DNA of 64,000 nt from Candidatus Poribacteria bacterium. GTDB taxonomy: Bacteria > Poribacteria > WGA-4E > PCPOR2b. Shown one piece after another: positions 50,353 through 60,232 of this stretch (the stretch's first letter is position 1; each line of letters opens with the position of its first letter). The position numbers and the translations under genes were made by a program. The notes beneath the pieces are model-generated. The model had not been told where the DNA came from. It saw only the letters and a program-made list of their open reading frames with translations, and did not search any database. The stretch lies in the NCBI GenBank assembly GCA_965116925.1, contig OZ220744.1, positions 1,248,001 through 1,312,000 on the forward strand, read 5' to 3'.

Positions 50353-52962
50353 ATGAATGAAAGAAATCTAAAAATCCTCGGGATACTGGCAATTCTCGTC
50401 ATCGTCCTGGTGCTGCACATCAAACTGTTCCAATTTAATGAAATCGTCCAACACGGTAACCTGCAAACGCTAGTCTGCCTCGGACGGGTGACAAAGATAG
50501 ACACGAGTGAAGAGGTCGATCAGATTATAACCTTCCGCGTGATTTCCGGGAGATTTCGCGGCGAAACTGTTCAGGTCAATAACATCTGGACAGGACGCGC
50601 ATTCGGTGATCGGGTGATACGAAAAAAGGACGTGCTTTTCCTTGAGATGCCCCTCAGACGCCAAGCGAAAACGACCCTGAGCGAAATACGTGACAACGTA
50701 CGAATGCTTGAATATTTCCGAACACCTTTTCTGCTCTATCTTGCGGGGATGTTGGGCATCCTAATAATTATGGTCGCTGGTATGAAGGGTATACGTGCAA
50801 TTTTGACGTTGTTCGTCACTGCCTTTGGCATTTTATACATTCTAGTGCCCTTAATGCTTAAAGGCTTCAATCCGATTGCCGCTGCCCTGCTTGTTGCAGC
50901 TTTGCTGACTGTCTCAACCTTTGTGCTGATTGCCGGGTTCAGTTTTAAGGTGATTCCCGGCGTGCTAGGCACCCTCGGTGGATTGGTCGCCGTTGGCCTC
51001 CTATCAGTCATCAGCCAAAAGGCAATGCTCTTCACCGGATTGGCACAAGAATTCGGATTTCTTGAACTCGGTATTGCCCTTTGGCGGACACCAGCTTCAC
51101 ACGGTTGGGATTTCAAGGGAATCCTTGCAGCGGGGATGATTCTGGGAGCCGTTGGTGCCATGATGGATGTCGGTATGTCTATCTCCTCCTCTGTCTATGA
51201 AGTCAAACAGGTCAACCCAAACGTCACTGTACGGCAAGCTATCCGTGCCGGGCTTAACGTAGGTCGGGACATCATGGGGACAATGGCGGACACCCTCATT
51301 TTTGCCTATCTTGGCGCGTACATGATCACGATGCTACTCCCTCGTATTGAATTTCCCGAAGTCGGATACCTCTACCCATTCCTCCGTCTGGCGAATGATG
51401 AAACAACCGCCGTCGCTATCACACAAGCGATCGTCGGAACCATCGGGTTGGTTTTGACTGTTCCAATCGCTGCGGTCATCGCCGGTGTCCTTACCAAATA
51501 TCGAAAAATCGCCCCTTCCGAGATTGATGAAGACCTGCCTTCAGAGGAAGAACTTGAAGAGCTTTTCCGCACTGATGACCCAAAAAGCAAAGCGCGTTTG
51601 GCCGTGCCGATAGCATTAATCGTCGTGCTTGTAGGCACACAATACTTCTACCATCGAATCAACCGCGCTTCAGCGGTCATTGTCGAGCATCATGACGCAA
51701 ACGGTAATCTCACCTCTAGATCGGAATATGCCAAGGGCAAGGTGATTAGTCTCCTTGAATCCAACGCTCCCCTCCTGTTTAGTGTGGACGTAACGGAGAA
51801 AGATAGTTTGGAACGTCGGCAGATTTCCGACGACCTACGGCGAGCATTTGAGCGTCATAACGTGCCACTATCAGAAGACCTCACTGTGTCAATCAAGGAA
51901 TGGAGAGATACCAAATGGCTCATTAGGGATGAGAAGAACGAGGTCACGTTTTCTGTTGGCGAGACGGAGGGGAAACTCAACGTTTACGACGCGACAACAG
52001 AACATCACATCCTAAAAATCGAGATGCTGTCAGGACTCTACAAAGGACAAACAGTCATCCTGCGGAACATTCTCAACCATAAAGTCGATCTACTGAGTAT
52101 CCCCGCCGAACCCGGAGATGTGATCTTATGTCGTATGGGCGGAACGCCGGATCAGGTCAGTCTAGTCAATCTCGTTCAAGAGTATGGGCGAGATCAGTTT
52201 CTAATTTGGATGTTTGGGTTGATGTTGGTGGTGATTATCATCGTGGGACGAAACGAGGGGGTGCGTACCGCCTGTGCGATGATTGGTTCAGGCTTAATCC
52301 TTTACTTTTTCATGATCCCGTTGATCTCGCGTGGCGAAAACGCTGTGTTGATTGTCACCCTGAGCTCCGGCATGATTGCTTTTGTATCCCTTGTATTCGT
52401 TATTGGTCCCAGTCGAAAGACCTTTTCCGCTGTGCTTGGCACGATGGGAGGTATCCTTGTCGCTGGGCTGCTTGTCATGTTCGCCCAAAATTACCTCCGT
52501 TTTTCAGGCTTGGAGAATGCGGTCTCGGCGGACATCATAGAAGCCACCCGCACACCGCCTTTCGATTTCCGACAGGTGCTGCTCGCAGGGATGTTAATGG
52601 GAGTGCTCGGTGTGGCTGTTGATGGTGCGATTGAGGTCGCATCCTCAATGGAGGAGATTCGACGAGCAAATCCAAACATGCCGACGTGGAGATTAATCAC
52701 TTCCGGGATGAACGTCGGCACCGATATCCTTGGGACCATGGTTAATACATTGGTGTTCGCTTATCTGGGTGTGGAATTCCTGTTTATCATGGCAGTCGCG
52801 ACACCCAATCTTGATCTCTTCCAATCTCCTACAATAGAGCTTTTGAGCGTCGGCATTGCATCCTCCGAAATTGTGCGCTTACTCGCTGGCACACTCGGAC
52901 TCGTCCTCACCATCCCGATGACCGCCACAATTTCAGCCATCTGGAATCGGCGTAGAAACTAG
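50353..52962 (+). CDS. Membrane protein with two tandem YibE/F modules
   Basis: Two copies of AG...G..G...D.....SS..E and NVG.DI.GTM..TL.FAY. Confidence 0.85.
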   Translation: MNERNLKILGILAILVIVLVLHIKLFQFNEIVQHGNLQTLVCLGRVTKIDTSEEVDQIITFRVISGRFRGETVQVNNIWTGRAFGDRVIRKKDVLFLEMPLRRQAKTTLSEIRDNVRMLEYFRTPFLLYLAGMLGILIIMVAGMKGIRAILTLFVTAFGILYILVPLMLKGFNPIAAALLVAALLTVSTFVLIAGFSFKVIPGVLGTLGGLVAVGLLSVISQKAMLFTGLAQEFGFLELGIALWRTPASHGWDFKGILAAGMILGAVGAMMDVGMSISSSVYEVKQVNPNVTVRQAIRAGLNVGRDIMGTMADTLIFAYLGAYMITMLLPRIEFPEVGYLYPFLRLANDETTAVAITQAIVGTIGLVLTVPIAAVIAGVLTKYRKIAPSEIDEDLPSEEELEELFRTDDPKSKARLAVPIALIVVLVGTQYFYHRINRASAVIVEHHDANGNLTSRSEYAKGKVISLLESNAPLLFSVDVTEKDSLERRQISDDLRRAFERHNVPLSEDLTVSIKEWRDTKWLIRDEKNEVTFSVGETEGKLNVYDATTEHHILKIEMLSGLYKGQTVILRNILNHKVDLLSIPAEPGDVILCRMGGTPDQVSLVNLVQEYGRDQFLIWMFGLMLVVIIIVGRNEGVRTACAMIGSGLILYFFMIPLISRGENAVLIVTLSSGMIAFVSLVFVIGPSRKTFSAVLGTMGGILVAGLLVMFAQNYLRFSGLENAVSADIIEATRTPPFDFRQVLLAGMLMGVLGVAVDGAIEVASSMEEIRRANPNMPTWRLITSGMNVGTDILGTMVNTLVFAYLGVEFLFIMAVATPNLDLFQSPTIELLSVGIASSEIVRLLAGTLGLVLTIPMTATISAIWNRRRN

Positions 52963-53077
52963 TGCTCTGTCAGGCAAATTATGCTTGTCTATATGGATTG
53001 AGACTCATAATACTTCGTAGGGGTCGGGTCACCCGACCCCCTTGTTGATATGCAAAACTTATATGACTGAGTACTAG
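52959..53077. mobile_element. MITE family H with one GTAG hairpin
   Basis: Ends CTAGTGCTCTGTCA / TGACTGAGTACTAG (12/14 inverted match). Confidence 0.65.
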
Positions 53078-53098
53078 CACCAAAGGTTCATAGTTGGA

Positions 53099-53944
53099 TC
53101 AATACTCAACCCGTGGACGGACGACTGTCTCTCCATCTTCTTCAAGCAGTGGACGATTATAGATGTACGGCGGTTCCAAAAGCGCGCGTTGCGCCTCGGT
53201 CAACTCATCAGCCCATTCGGGAAATGTCACATCATAGTATCCCCCGGCATAGTGCAGGTACTTTGGCGAATAACGGACAAGCAGCGAACGGCGTTCGCGC
53301 TCGTGGTTTTTCCAAGGGAGTGTCCCGTGGATTGTCGCCTCGTTGAAGATAATCATATCGCCTGCTTTCGCGGGAACATTATAAACAATCTCCTGATTGG
53401 CTTCCCACTCCCTGATCTCCTTTGGACAGGGGAAATTTGCCTTGTGGCTCCCCGGAACGACACACAGTCCGCCATCTCCCTCCTCGACATCTACAAGCTG
53501 ATACTGAAGTACCACCATCCCGCAACGCATCTGTCCGTTGGTGTAAATATAGTAAGCCGCGCCAAAAAAGTGGTGGTTAGTCGCACCGTGAAGGAGCAAG
53601 CCCTCGGTGCCGGGATCAGACGTTAAGATGAAAGGGGAGTGGTCCAACCGCCAGCCTCTTCCATGGATAGCATCTAGATAGGGAATCGCCTTCTTATGGA
53701 CAATGATCTCTCGAAATGGTTGGCACCACGGCTTGGGCCACGACAACATGCCGGTGAACATACCGCGTTTGTGTGTGCCGGCAAGCGTTTTGGATTCACC
53801 GACAGCCGAGTTATCGTCGTCAACCTGTTTATCGAGATTGGCGTCAACAGCGGCGTTGAGAGCATCAACTTCCTCTGGTGCCAGGACATCTTTCACCACA
53901 AGAAAGCCCTGTAAATCAAATAAGAATTTTTCGCGTTCGTTCAT
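53099..53944 (-). CDS. PhyH family Fe/2OG enzyme with HxA motif
   Basis: FDLQGFLVV, LHGA, VPGSHK, AGD.IIF and distal IHGT motifs. Confidence 0.85.
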   Translation of the reverse strand: MNEREKFLFDLQGFLVVKDVLAPEEVDALNAAVDANLDKQVDDDNSAVGESKTLAGTHKRGMFTGMLSWPKPWCQPFREIIVHKKAIPYLDAIHGRGWRLDHSPFILTSDPGTEGLLLHGATNHHFFGAAYYIYTNGQMRCGMVVLQYQLVDVEEGDGGLCVVPGSHKANFPCPKEIREWEANQEIVYNVPAKAGDMIIFNEATIHGTLPWKNHERERRSLLVRYSPKYLHYAGGYYDVTFPEWADELTEAQRALLEPPYIYNRPLLEEDGETVVRPRVEY

Positions 53945-54215
53945 TTTTCTCCTTCCAATACCGAACATAGTTGTAGCTGAAGTGTAAGTCATAATGATAG
54001 ACGTTTTGTCCTTGTCGTCATCATACAGAAAAGCACTACATCTGTCAATTCCTTTTCGCTCATATGATACTCCAACTCCTCTCGTGGGTACAGGTTTCTA
54101 ACCTGTACGAGCCCGGAAGTCAGCCAATCTGCGCGACGCCAAGGATTCACCCAGTGTTCTGATTGCTCAACTGCCTGATTCCTATAACAGATGCGATTGC
54201 CATTGAAAAAAGCCG

Positions 54216-54244
54216 TTGACTCACCAATCAATCTGATGTAGAAT
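54216..54244 (+). promoter_or_regulatory. Sigma70-type promoter
   Basis: TTGACT-17 bp-TAGAAT. Confidence 0.6.
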
Positions 54245-54268
54245 GAGACGATGGATTATCCATTAATT

Positions 54269-54372
54269 TATAGTGAATTCAAAAAACAAATGGACACTTC
54301 CCCCAGACCCGGTAGGTGCGGTTTTCAACCGCACCGGTTTGGTGTGTCTCATTAATTCTAAGATCTACTATA
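54269..54372 (+). mobile_element. MITE family A
   Basis: TATAGTGAATTC...TAAGATCTACTATA with GTAGGTGCGGTTTTCAACCGCACC hairpin. Confidence 0.85.
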
Positions 54373-54428
54373 AATTTGTCTATTTTCAAAAGCGGGCTTG
54401 TCCCATTCCACAACAAAGGAGCATACAG

Positions 54429-55460
54429 ATGAGCAACGATACAATTCGTGTAGGTGTTGTCGGTGCTGGTGCGAACACAAGAACACACCATATTCCAAAA
54501 CTCCAAGCCATTGACGGCGTCGAAGTTATCAGTGTTTGCAACCGGAGCCGCGAATCCTCAGAGCGGGTCGCGCAGGAATTCGGTATTCCGACAATCTACG
54601 AAAACTGGCAGGAGTTGGTTGCCGCTTCAGATACCAATGCAATCGTTATCGGCACCTGGCCCTATATGCACTGTCGCGTCACATTGGCAGGGCTAACAGC
54701 AAACAAGCACGTGATGTGTGAAGCGCGGATGGCGATGAATGCACAGGAAGCACACGCGATGCGAAATGCTTCCCGTGAAAACACACATCTGATCGCGCAA
54801 ATCGTCCCTTCTCCGTTCTCGCTGCGCGTGGATAACACCATCAAACGTCTCCTCGCTGACGGTTATATCGGTGATGTCTATGCGGTTGAAGTCCGTGCCG
54901 GCGGCACGTTCTTGGACCCTGACGAACCCATGCACTGGCGCGATGACTTCAACCTGAGTGGGTTCAATATCATGAGCATGGGAATCTGGTACGAGGCACT
55001 GTTGCGTTGGGTCGGTGAGGCGACCGAGATCATGGCAAAGGGGAAAACCTATGTCAGGATGCGCAAGGATGACGACGGTATCATGCGTCCTATCAGGATT
55101 CCACAGCATATCGACATTGTAGGGGACATGGCGTGTGGCGCACAGCTTCACATACAGATTTCCAACGTCGCCGGTTTGGTTGACGGTCCCGAAGCGTTCA
55201 TCTTTGGCAGTGAAGGCACCTTGCGGTTTGCCAATAACAGCCTCTACGGTGGACAGAGGAGTGACGACGCACTTGCTGAAATCCCCATCCCTGCTGATGA
55301 GGAAGGTGGTTGGCGGGTGGAAGAGGAGTTTGTCAGCGCGATTCGTGGGCATGAAGGCATCACCCATACGAACTTTGAAGATGGCGTGAAATATATGGAA
55401 TTTACCGAAGCCGTTACGCGCAGCATGACGAGCGGCAAAGCGATTTCGCTACCGTTGTAG
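54429..55460 (+). CDS. Gfo/Idh/MocA family oxidoreductase
   Basis: IRVGVVGAG, IGTWPYMH and HVMCEARMA motifs; AAGGAG upstream of ATG at 54429. Confidence 0.88.
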   Translation: MSNDTIRVGVVGAGANTRTHHIPKLQAIDGVEVISVCNRSRESSERVAQEFGIPTIYENWQELVAASDTNAIVIGTWPYMHCRVTLAGLTANKHVMCEARMAMNAQEAHAMRNASRENTHLIAQIVPSPFSLRVDNTIKRLLADGYIGDVYAVEVRAGGTFLDPDEPMHWRDDFNLSGFNIMSMGIWYEALLRWVGEATEIMAKGKTYVRMRKDDDGIMRPIRIPQHIDIVGDMACGAQLHIQISNVAGLVDGPEAFIFGSEGTLRFANNSLYGGQRSDDALAEIPIPADEEGGWRVEEEFVSAIRGHEGITHTNFEDGVKYMEFTEAVTRSMTSGKAISLPL

Positions 55461-55540
55461 TTTGAAGTCGTAAAAAGCGATAGGTTCGTATATTCTTTCC
55501 GTGAGGCGTTGAACAAACAATCTTTAGAGAGGGGGAACCG

Positions 55541-56383
55541 ATGAATATCGTGAAAACCGATTGGCGTACGCTGTCGCTGCCTGAACAGATTCGTCACCTT
55601 GAGGTCGAGGGCTATGTGGTGCTCCCTGATGCGCTTACGCCGGAGAAGGTGGAGCAGCTGCGAGTGGAAACTGCCCATCTTCCTACCGAGCGCAGCAGCT
55701 ACCATGACCGACAGGGCAACGCTACCTGTCAACCCCAGTGGCATGGACTAGGCTTGGGCGAACTGATCGCCAATCCACCGGTCATTGAATTCCTTGAGCA
55801 AGTGATCGGGACTGATATAATCTTCTTCAGCGGTGGCTACCGATACTACGAACCGGGTGCGATTGGTGTCGCTATGCACACCGACGGCTACCCTTACGGC
55901 TCAAATCTCGGTGGTTACCTCTGGACAGCCCCGGTAATCGTCAGGGTTTCATACTATCTGGATGATCTCACGCCGGAGAACGGTCCTTTCCGCATCCTCC
56001 CACGTTCACACCTCTGCCTTCATCCCGATGCACAACCTTATATCCGGTACGACGCCCATCCCGAAGAGGTCGCGCTCCCGGCGAAGGCGGGTGACGCGGT
56101 GCTTTTTGGTCCCCGTATCTTCCACGGTGCCCATCCGTACAAGGGAGCAACTGGTATACGTCGAGTGTTGCTCTACGGCTATCGTCCCGCGTGGGCATCA
56201 CCCGTTCAACCTGTGGACGAGTGGGATGCGGAGGATTTAGCGGAAGCTCCCGATGTTGCACGTCGTTTCCTTCAACCGCTTAACACCAAAGGTTGGAGTT
56301 GGGACCTTGACCATCGTCCTGAGGACATGTTCGGGCGCGACGGTGCCGGTGTAAACCCAAGTCGGTGGGGGAACGTCGATTAA
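55541..56383 (+). CDS. PhyH family dioxygenase
   Basis: MHTD, YLDDLT.ENGP, PRSH, AGDAVLF and FHGA motifs. Confidence 0.88.
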   Translation: MNIVKTDWRTLSLPEQIRHLEVEGYVVLPDALTPEKVEQLRVETAHLPTERSSYHDRQGNATCQPQWHGLGLGELIANPPVIEFLEQVIGTDIIFFSGGYRYYEPGAIGVAMHTDGYPYGSNLGGYLWTAPVIVRVSYYLDDLTPENGPFRILPRSHLCLHPDAQPYIRYDAHPEEVALPAKAGDAVLFGPRIFHGAHPYKGATGIRRVLLYGYRPAWASPVQPVDEWDAEDLAEAPDVARRFLQPLNTKGWSWDLDHRPEDMFGRDGAGVNPSRWGNVD

Positions 56384-56708
56384 TTACTAACACGTCATTA
56401 TCAGGACTAACGCCTTTCATCTTATAGTTGTCCGGTTCATCAGGTGTTTCGGCGCATGGTCAAAATCCACAGCCATCGTAGGCGGGGCATCATGGGTTTT
56501 AAGAAATTAAACGGGTAATTTTATATTTCCCTAGACCCGGTAGGTGCGGTTTCCAACCGCACCGGACATCGCTCGGAAATTACCCAATTAATAAATTAAT
56601 CTTCATCTTGCCCTGCATTGGCACGGAAGCATTGAAATATAAAACCTCAGCATTCAACTGCGTAGGTCCTAATTGTATCGAATCTCCTAAAGGAGGTGGC
56701 ATCACGTA

Positions 56709-58736
56709 ATGAGAACTATACGGTTTAGATGCCTCAGCTTGGGTCAGGGAAGTAGTGCTGCTCACCCGAATCAATGTATGTGGCAGGCACTAAAGATACT
56801 GATTCTAGTCGTCGCGGTAGGAATTACGCAGAATGCTTGCCTTTCAACAAACACCTACAGACTAGCGGAACAACGTGTCCAAGAGAAGGACTATCAAGGC
56901 GCGATTGATATCTACCAAACGGTAATTGACGAAAAGCCGAGCACATCCGACGCACGCAAAGCACAACTAGCCATTGCCGAATTACACATTGATAAAATAG
57001 ATCAGCCAGAAGTAGGAGTGCGCATGTATCAAGAGCTGATCGCCGCCGCCCCTGACAGTGACGAGACCGTAGAAGCACACTATCGTTTAGGGATTTACTA
57101 TTTCAGTACGATGGACTATGAATCGGCACAGAAATCCTTTGACACTATCGTCAACCAATTTCCACACCTTGAGCGCAGCCATAACGCACAACTGATGCTT
57201 GCAAAGAGCCACGAAAAGGCGCAAAACTTTGAGAAAGCAGTGGAGATCTACGACAATGTCGCATATCGCCATCCGAATACAAAGCGCGCGAGTCAAGCAC
57301 TCATCAATAAAGCGCGTATTCAGAAGGACTTTCTAAAAGACAAAAACGAAGCAAAGCGAACCTATCAATCGCTGGTCAAACGGTACGGAAGAATCAAAGA
57401 AGCGGGTGAAGCAATTGAACAGGCAAAACAGGAACTCCGATTCATGGGGGCAAGTATCCCTGAACCGGATTCGTTGTTAACGACAAAATATGAACGCCTA
57501 TCAGAACAGCGAAAAGAACGTCGTGAACAAGACCGTCTGAAGAATAGAGTTACTCGTAGTCCGGTAATGGATGATGCAAACTTAGCTATAGAATCCGCTT
57601 TTGGCGTAAATCTTCAGGAAGTCATACAAGGTGTAGGACCAATTCGATTGGATGAGCAGGGTACGCATTATAATGCCATGCTGATGATTGCTACTGCTAT
57701 GTTCCAAGCCGAGAATTATCGGGAGGCAGGTGCATTATACCACCGAGGAATCAAGATTGCAGTGCAGAATGAGGCAAGGGTGGATCCATATCACTACGTG
57801 TCCCTGTCCGTCTGCTACCGCAAGATTGGATTACATCAGCGGGCGCGTCAAGTGTTGAAAGAAGCGCTGAAAAAAGACAAGAAGATTCTTGATTCCATCA
57901 TACTATCGGGGTCAAACCACTATGTCAATGGGGAGTACAAAAAAGCAATTGAGGTCTATAGTTCTGTCTTAGGACTGAGTCCTACCAAGACACCAGGACT
58001 TTACTGGAGACTTGGTTTAGTTTACCAAAAGATGGGGGAAGTGGAAAAGGAGCGGGAGTACTTTGAACGTGCTATCGCCGCCGACACGGACCACACCGAC
58101 GCGCTGCAAAGCCTTGCTGAAGTGCTTCACTATCGCCTGAACGATACAGCAAGTGCTGAAATCTTCCAAAATCTTGTTGATGCACAAAACGGCAGTGCCC
58201 TGTCCGTCGAAACAACCTACGCCGGCGAAAAAGCATTGGCGGATATCTGTTACAAGTATGGTAATTATCCCCGTGCAAAATCGAAATACGAGGCTGCCGC
58301 ACGTATCAACCAGCGCGAAAAAGGAAACGTTACCAGCAAAGTCAAAGAGCGAATACTTAATAACCAGAGCATTTACGCGATCGTTCATGCTGCGATGGCC
58401 GCATACAAGAGTGAAATGGAAGATGCAGCACAAGCCATGATAGATGCACTTATCACCGAGTATCCTGAACACTCCCTGATACCATACGGACAGGGACAAC
58501 TTGCTCTGCTAAAAGGAGAAATGGGAACCGCACTTGCCGCCTTTAAGGCATCTATGGAGAAAGACCCGCATTCGGATATCGTACCTCTCGCGCTTGGTGA
58601 ATACTACCTGTCGCAAGGATTTGCGGATGATGCCGTAGCGTTATGGGAGGAATTCATCAAAACCAATCCCAATCCGAATCACCATCATCGTGTGCAGCGT
58701 CATCTCAAAGCGGCAAAGACTCAGATAGCGCATTAA
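56709..58736 (+). CDS. Exported tetratricopeptide-repeat protein
   Basis: Hydrophobic N-terminal segment followed by Cys; many TPR-like helical pairs; AAGGAGG RBS. Confidence 0.85.
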   Translation: MRTIRFRCLSLGQGSSAAHPNQCMWQALKILILVVAVGITQNACLSTNTYRLAEQRVQEKDYQGAIDIYQTVIDEKPSTSDARKAQLAIAELHIDKIDQPEVGVRMYQELIAAAPDSDETVEAHYRLGIYYFSTMDYESAQKSFDTIVNQFPHLERSHNAQLMLAKSHEKAQNFEKAVEIYDNVAYRHPNTKRASQALINKARIQKDFLKDKNEAKRTYQSLVKRYGRIKEAGEAIEQAKQELRFMGASIPEPDSLLTTKYERLSEQRKERREQDRLKNRVTRSPVMDDANLAIESAFGVNLQEVIQGVGPIRLDEQGTHYNAMLMIATAMFQAENYREAGALYHRGIKIAVQNEARVDPYHYVSLSVCYRKIGLHQRARQVLKEALKKDKKILDSIILSGSNHYVNGEYKKAIEVYSSVLGLSPTKTPGLYWRLGLVYQKMGEVEKEREYFERAIAADTDHTDALQSLAEVLHYRLNDTASAEIFQNLVDAQNGSALSVETTYAGEKALADICYKYGNYPRAKSKYEAAARINQREKGNVTSKVKERILNNQSIYAIVHAAMAAYKSEMEDAAQAMIDALITEYPEHSLIPYGQGQLALLKGEMGTALAAFKASMEKDPHSDIVPLALGEYYLSQGFADDAVALWEEFIKTNPNPNHHHRVQRHLKAAKTQIAH

Positions 58737-58742
58737 CGTATT

Positions 58743-58833
58743 GGCTTATGTTAAGAAATAGTGCAAAGAAACCGAGTTTTTTCTTGAAAACTCGGTTTCT
58801 CTTTGCATTTTGCACTTTCTTTTGATATGAACC
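58743..58833. mobile_element. MITE family C
   Basis: Ends GGCTTATGTTAAG / GATATGAACC; flanks AACGTATT / AACGTACT. Confidence 0.8.
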
Positions 58834-58901
58834 AACGTACTTAAGTCCATTCTTTAAGAATAGTGCGTAATGCGTAAAATCTTTTCTTTATGTATCACAC
58901 A

Positions 58902-60176
58902 TCACAAACGCATATCCTCCGGCAAGTCACACATCTCCGCCATCGGACCGAAAATCCCGGTGACATCCTTTCGATATACATTCCCGCTGAGGATGTCAAC
59001 AATACCCTGTTGGCATTCTGGAAAGCGTTTCAAAAATCTTGCGAAACTGAAATCTTTGGTATAGAAGGCGTAAACCAGTTTACGGATAGCTTCCATTCCC
59101 GCCACAAATTCAGCACCGAAACTTCCCAACTGATCCGCTGAAAAATTCTCCTTTTCCAACGCTTCATTGATGGTATCCGCTGCCATTTCGCCGGATTTAA
59201 GCGCGAGAAATAATCCAGAAGAGTAGACGGGATCCAGAAATCCGAAGGCATCTCCCACTAACACCCAGCCGTCTCCAGCCATACGGTTGGCGCGATACGA
59301 AAAATCCGTTGTGACCTTGACCGGGAACAGTTGCTTGGCATCAGCAAGACGTGGTCTCAAGGCAGGACACTTCGCGAGTTCTTCGTCAAAAATCGCTTGG
59401 TGGGATAGGGTGCCATCACTCCTCCTTCGGTCTTGCAGGAGATACCCAAGATCGCCCACGACACCCACACTCACACGATCATAGGGGAGCGGAATAGACC
59501 AGAACCAGGAATCCTTGCTCTCTGTGTGGAGAATTAATGTCGCCCCCTCATCAATTCCTTCGTCCCGAATCCCGCCCTCAAAATGGGTGAAGATCGACGC
59601 TTTTTTCAGTGTTGGTTCTATAGTGTTTATCTTCAACTTCCGTGAAATCAAGGCACTCTGACCTGTCGAATCCACCACCACCTTTGCCGAAAGCTCTTCC
59701 ACCCTTCCGTCCGCAAGTTTCGCTCGGACACCAACAGCCCTCTCTCCGTCAAACAACACCTCATGCACACTGACACCGCGCCGAACTTCCGCCCCTTTTT
59801 TCTCTGCGTTTTCGAGCAGCATCTGGTCAAACTCACTCCGCAACACCTGCCAAGTCATAGAGGATTCGTGGGGATCATTTCGGTAAAAATAGAAGGGCGC
59901 AGACGCTTTACCAGAGCTCGAATAAAATTGGACACTATACTTTTCAGGAAAGTGACTATCTTTCAATTTTTCTAGAACCCCCAATCGCTGAAATGTCCAG
60001 TAAGTCGCTGGCATTAGCGATTCGCCTACTTTGAATTGGGGAGACTTATCACGTTCCAAAAGCAGCACCCGATGACCTTTTTCTCCCACTAACGTCGCAG
60101 CGGTACTTCCCCCGGGCCCACCACCAATAACGATTACATCGTAATTTTCATTCTGAATTGCGTCTGCTTTTTTCAT
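58902..60176 (-). CDS. Flavin-dependent halogenase-like oxidoreductase
   Basis: GGGPGG, VGESLMP, WFWSIP and VGDAFGFLDPVYSSG motifs. Confidence 0.8.
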   Translation of the reverse strand: MKKADAIQNENYDVIVIGGGPGGSTAATLVGEKGHRVLLLERDKSPQFKVGESLMPATYWTFQRLGVLEKLKDSHFPEKYSVQFYSSSGKASAPFYFYRNDPHESSMTWQVLRSEFDQMLLENAEKKGAEVRRGVSVHEVLFDGERAVGVRAKLADGRVEELSAKVVVDSTGQSALISRKLKINTIEPTLKKASIFTHFEGGIRDEGIDEGATLILHTESKDSWFWSIPLPYDRVSVGVVGDLGYLLQDRRRSDGTLSHQAIFDEELAKCPALRPRLADAKQLFPVKVTTDFSYRANRMAGDGWVLVGDAFGFLDPVYSSGLFLALKSGEMAADTINEALEKENFSADQLGSFGAEFVAGMEAIRKLVYAFYTKDFSFARFLKRFPECQQGIVDILSGNVYRKDVTGIFGPMAEMCDLPEDMRL

Positions 60177-60232
60177 AGTTCAAATAGCTGTTGTGTCTCA
60201 TGCCAGCTAAACAGTTCGGAATAGACATTATA

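Noticed and set aside
50330..53960. Shared IGRRK..MNER text at the starts of two convergent ORFs
   Set aside because: Coincidental translation of purine-rich RBS regions; DNA similarity is short
54273..54428. N-terminal extension of the Gfo/Idh/MocA ORF
   Set aside because: It translates through MITE A; an RBS supports ATG at 54429
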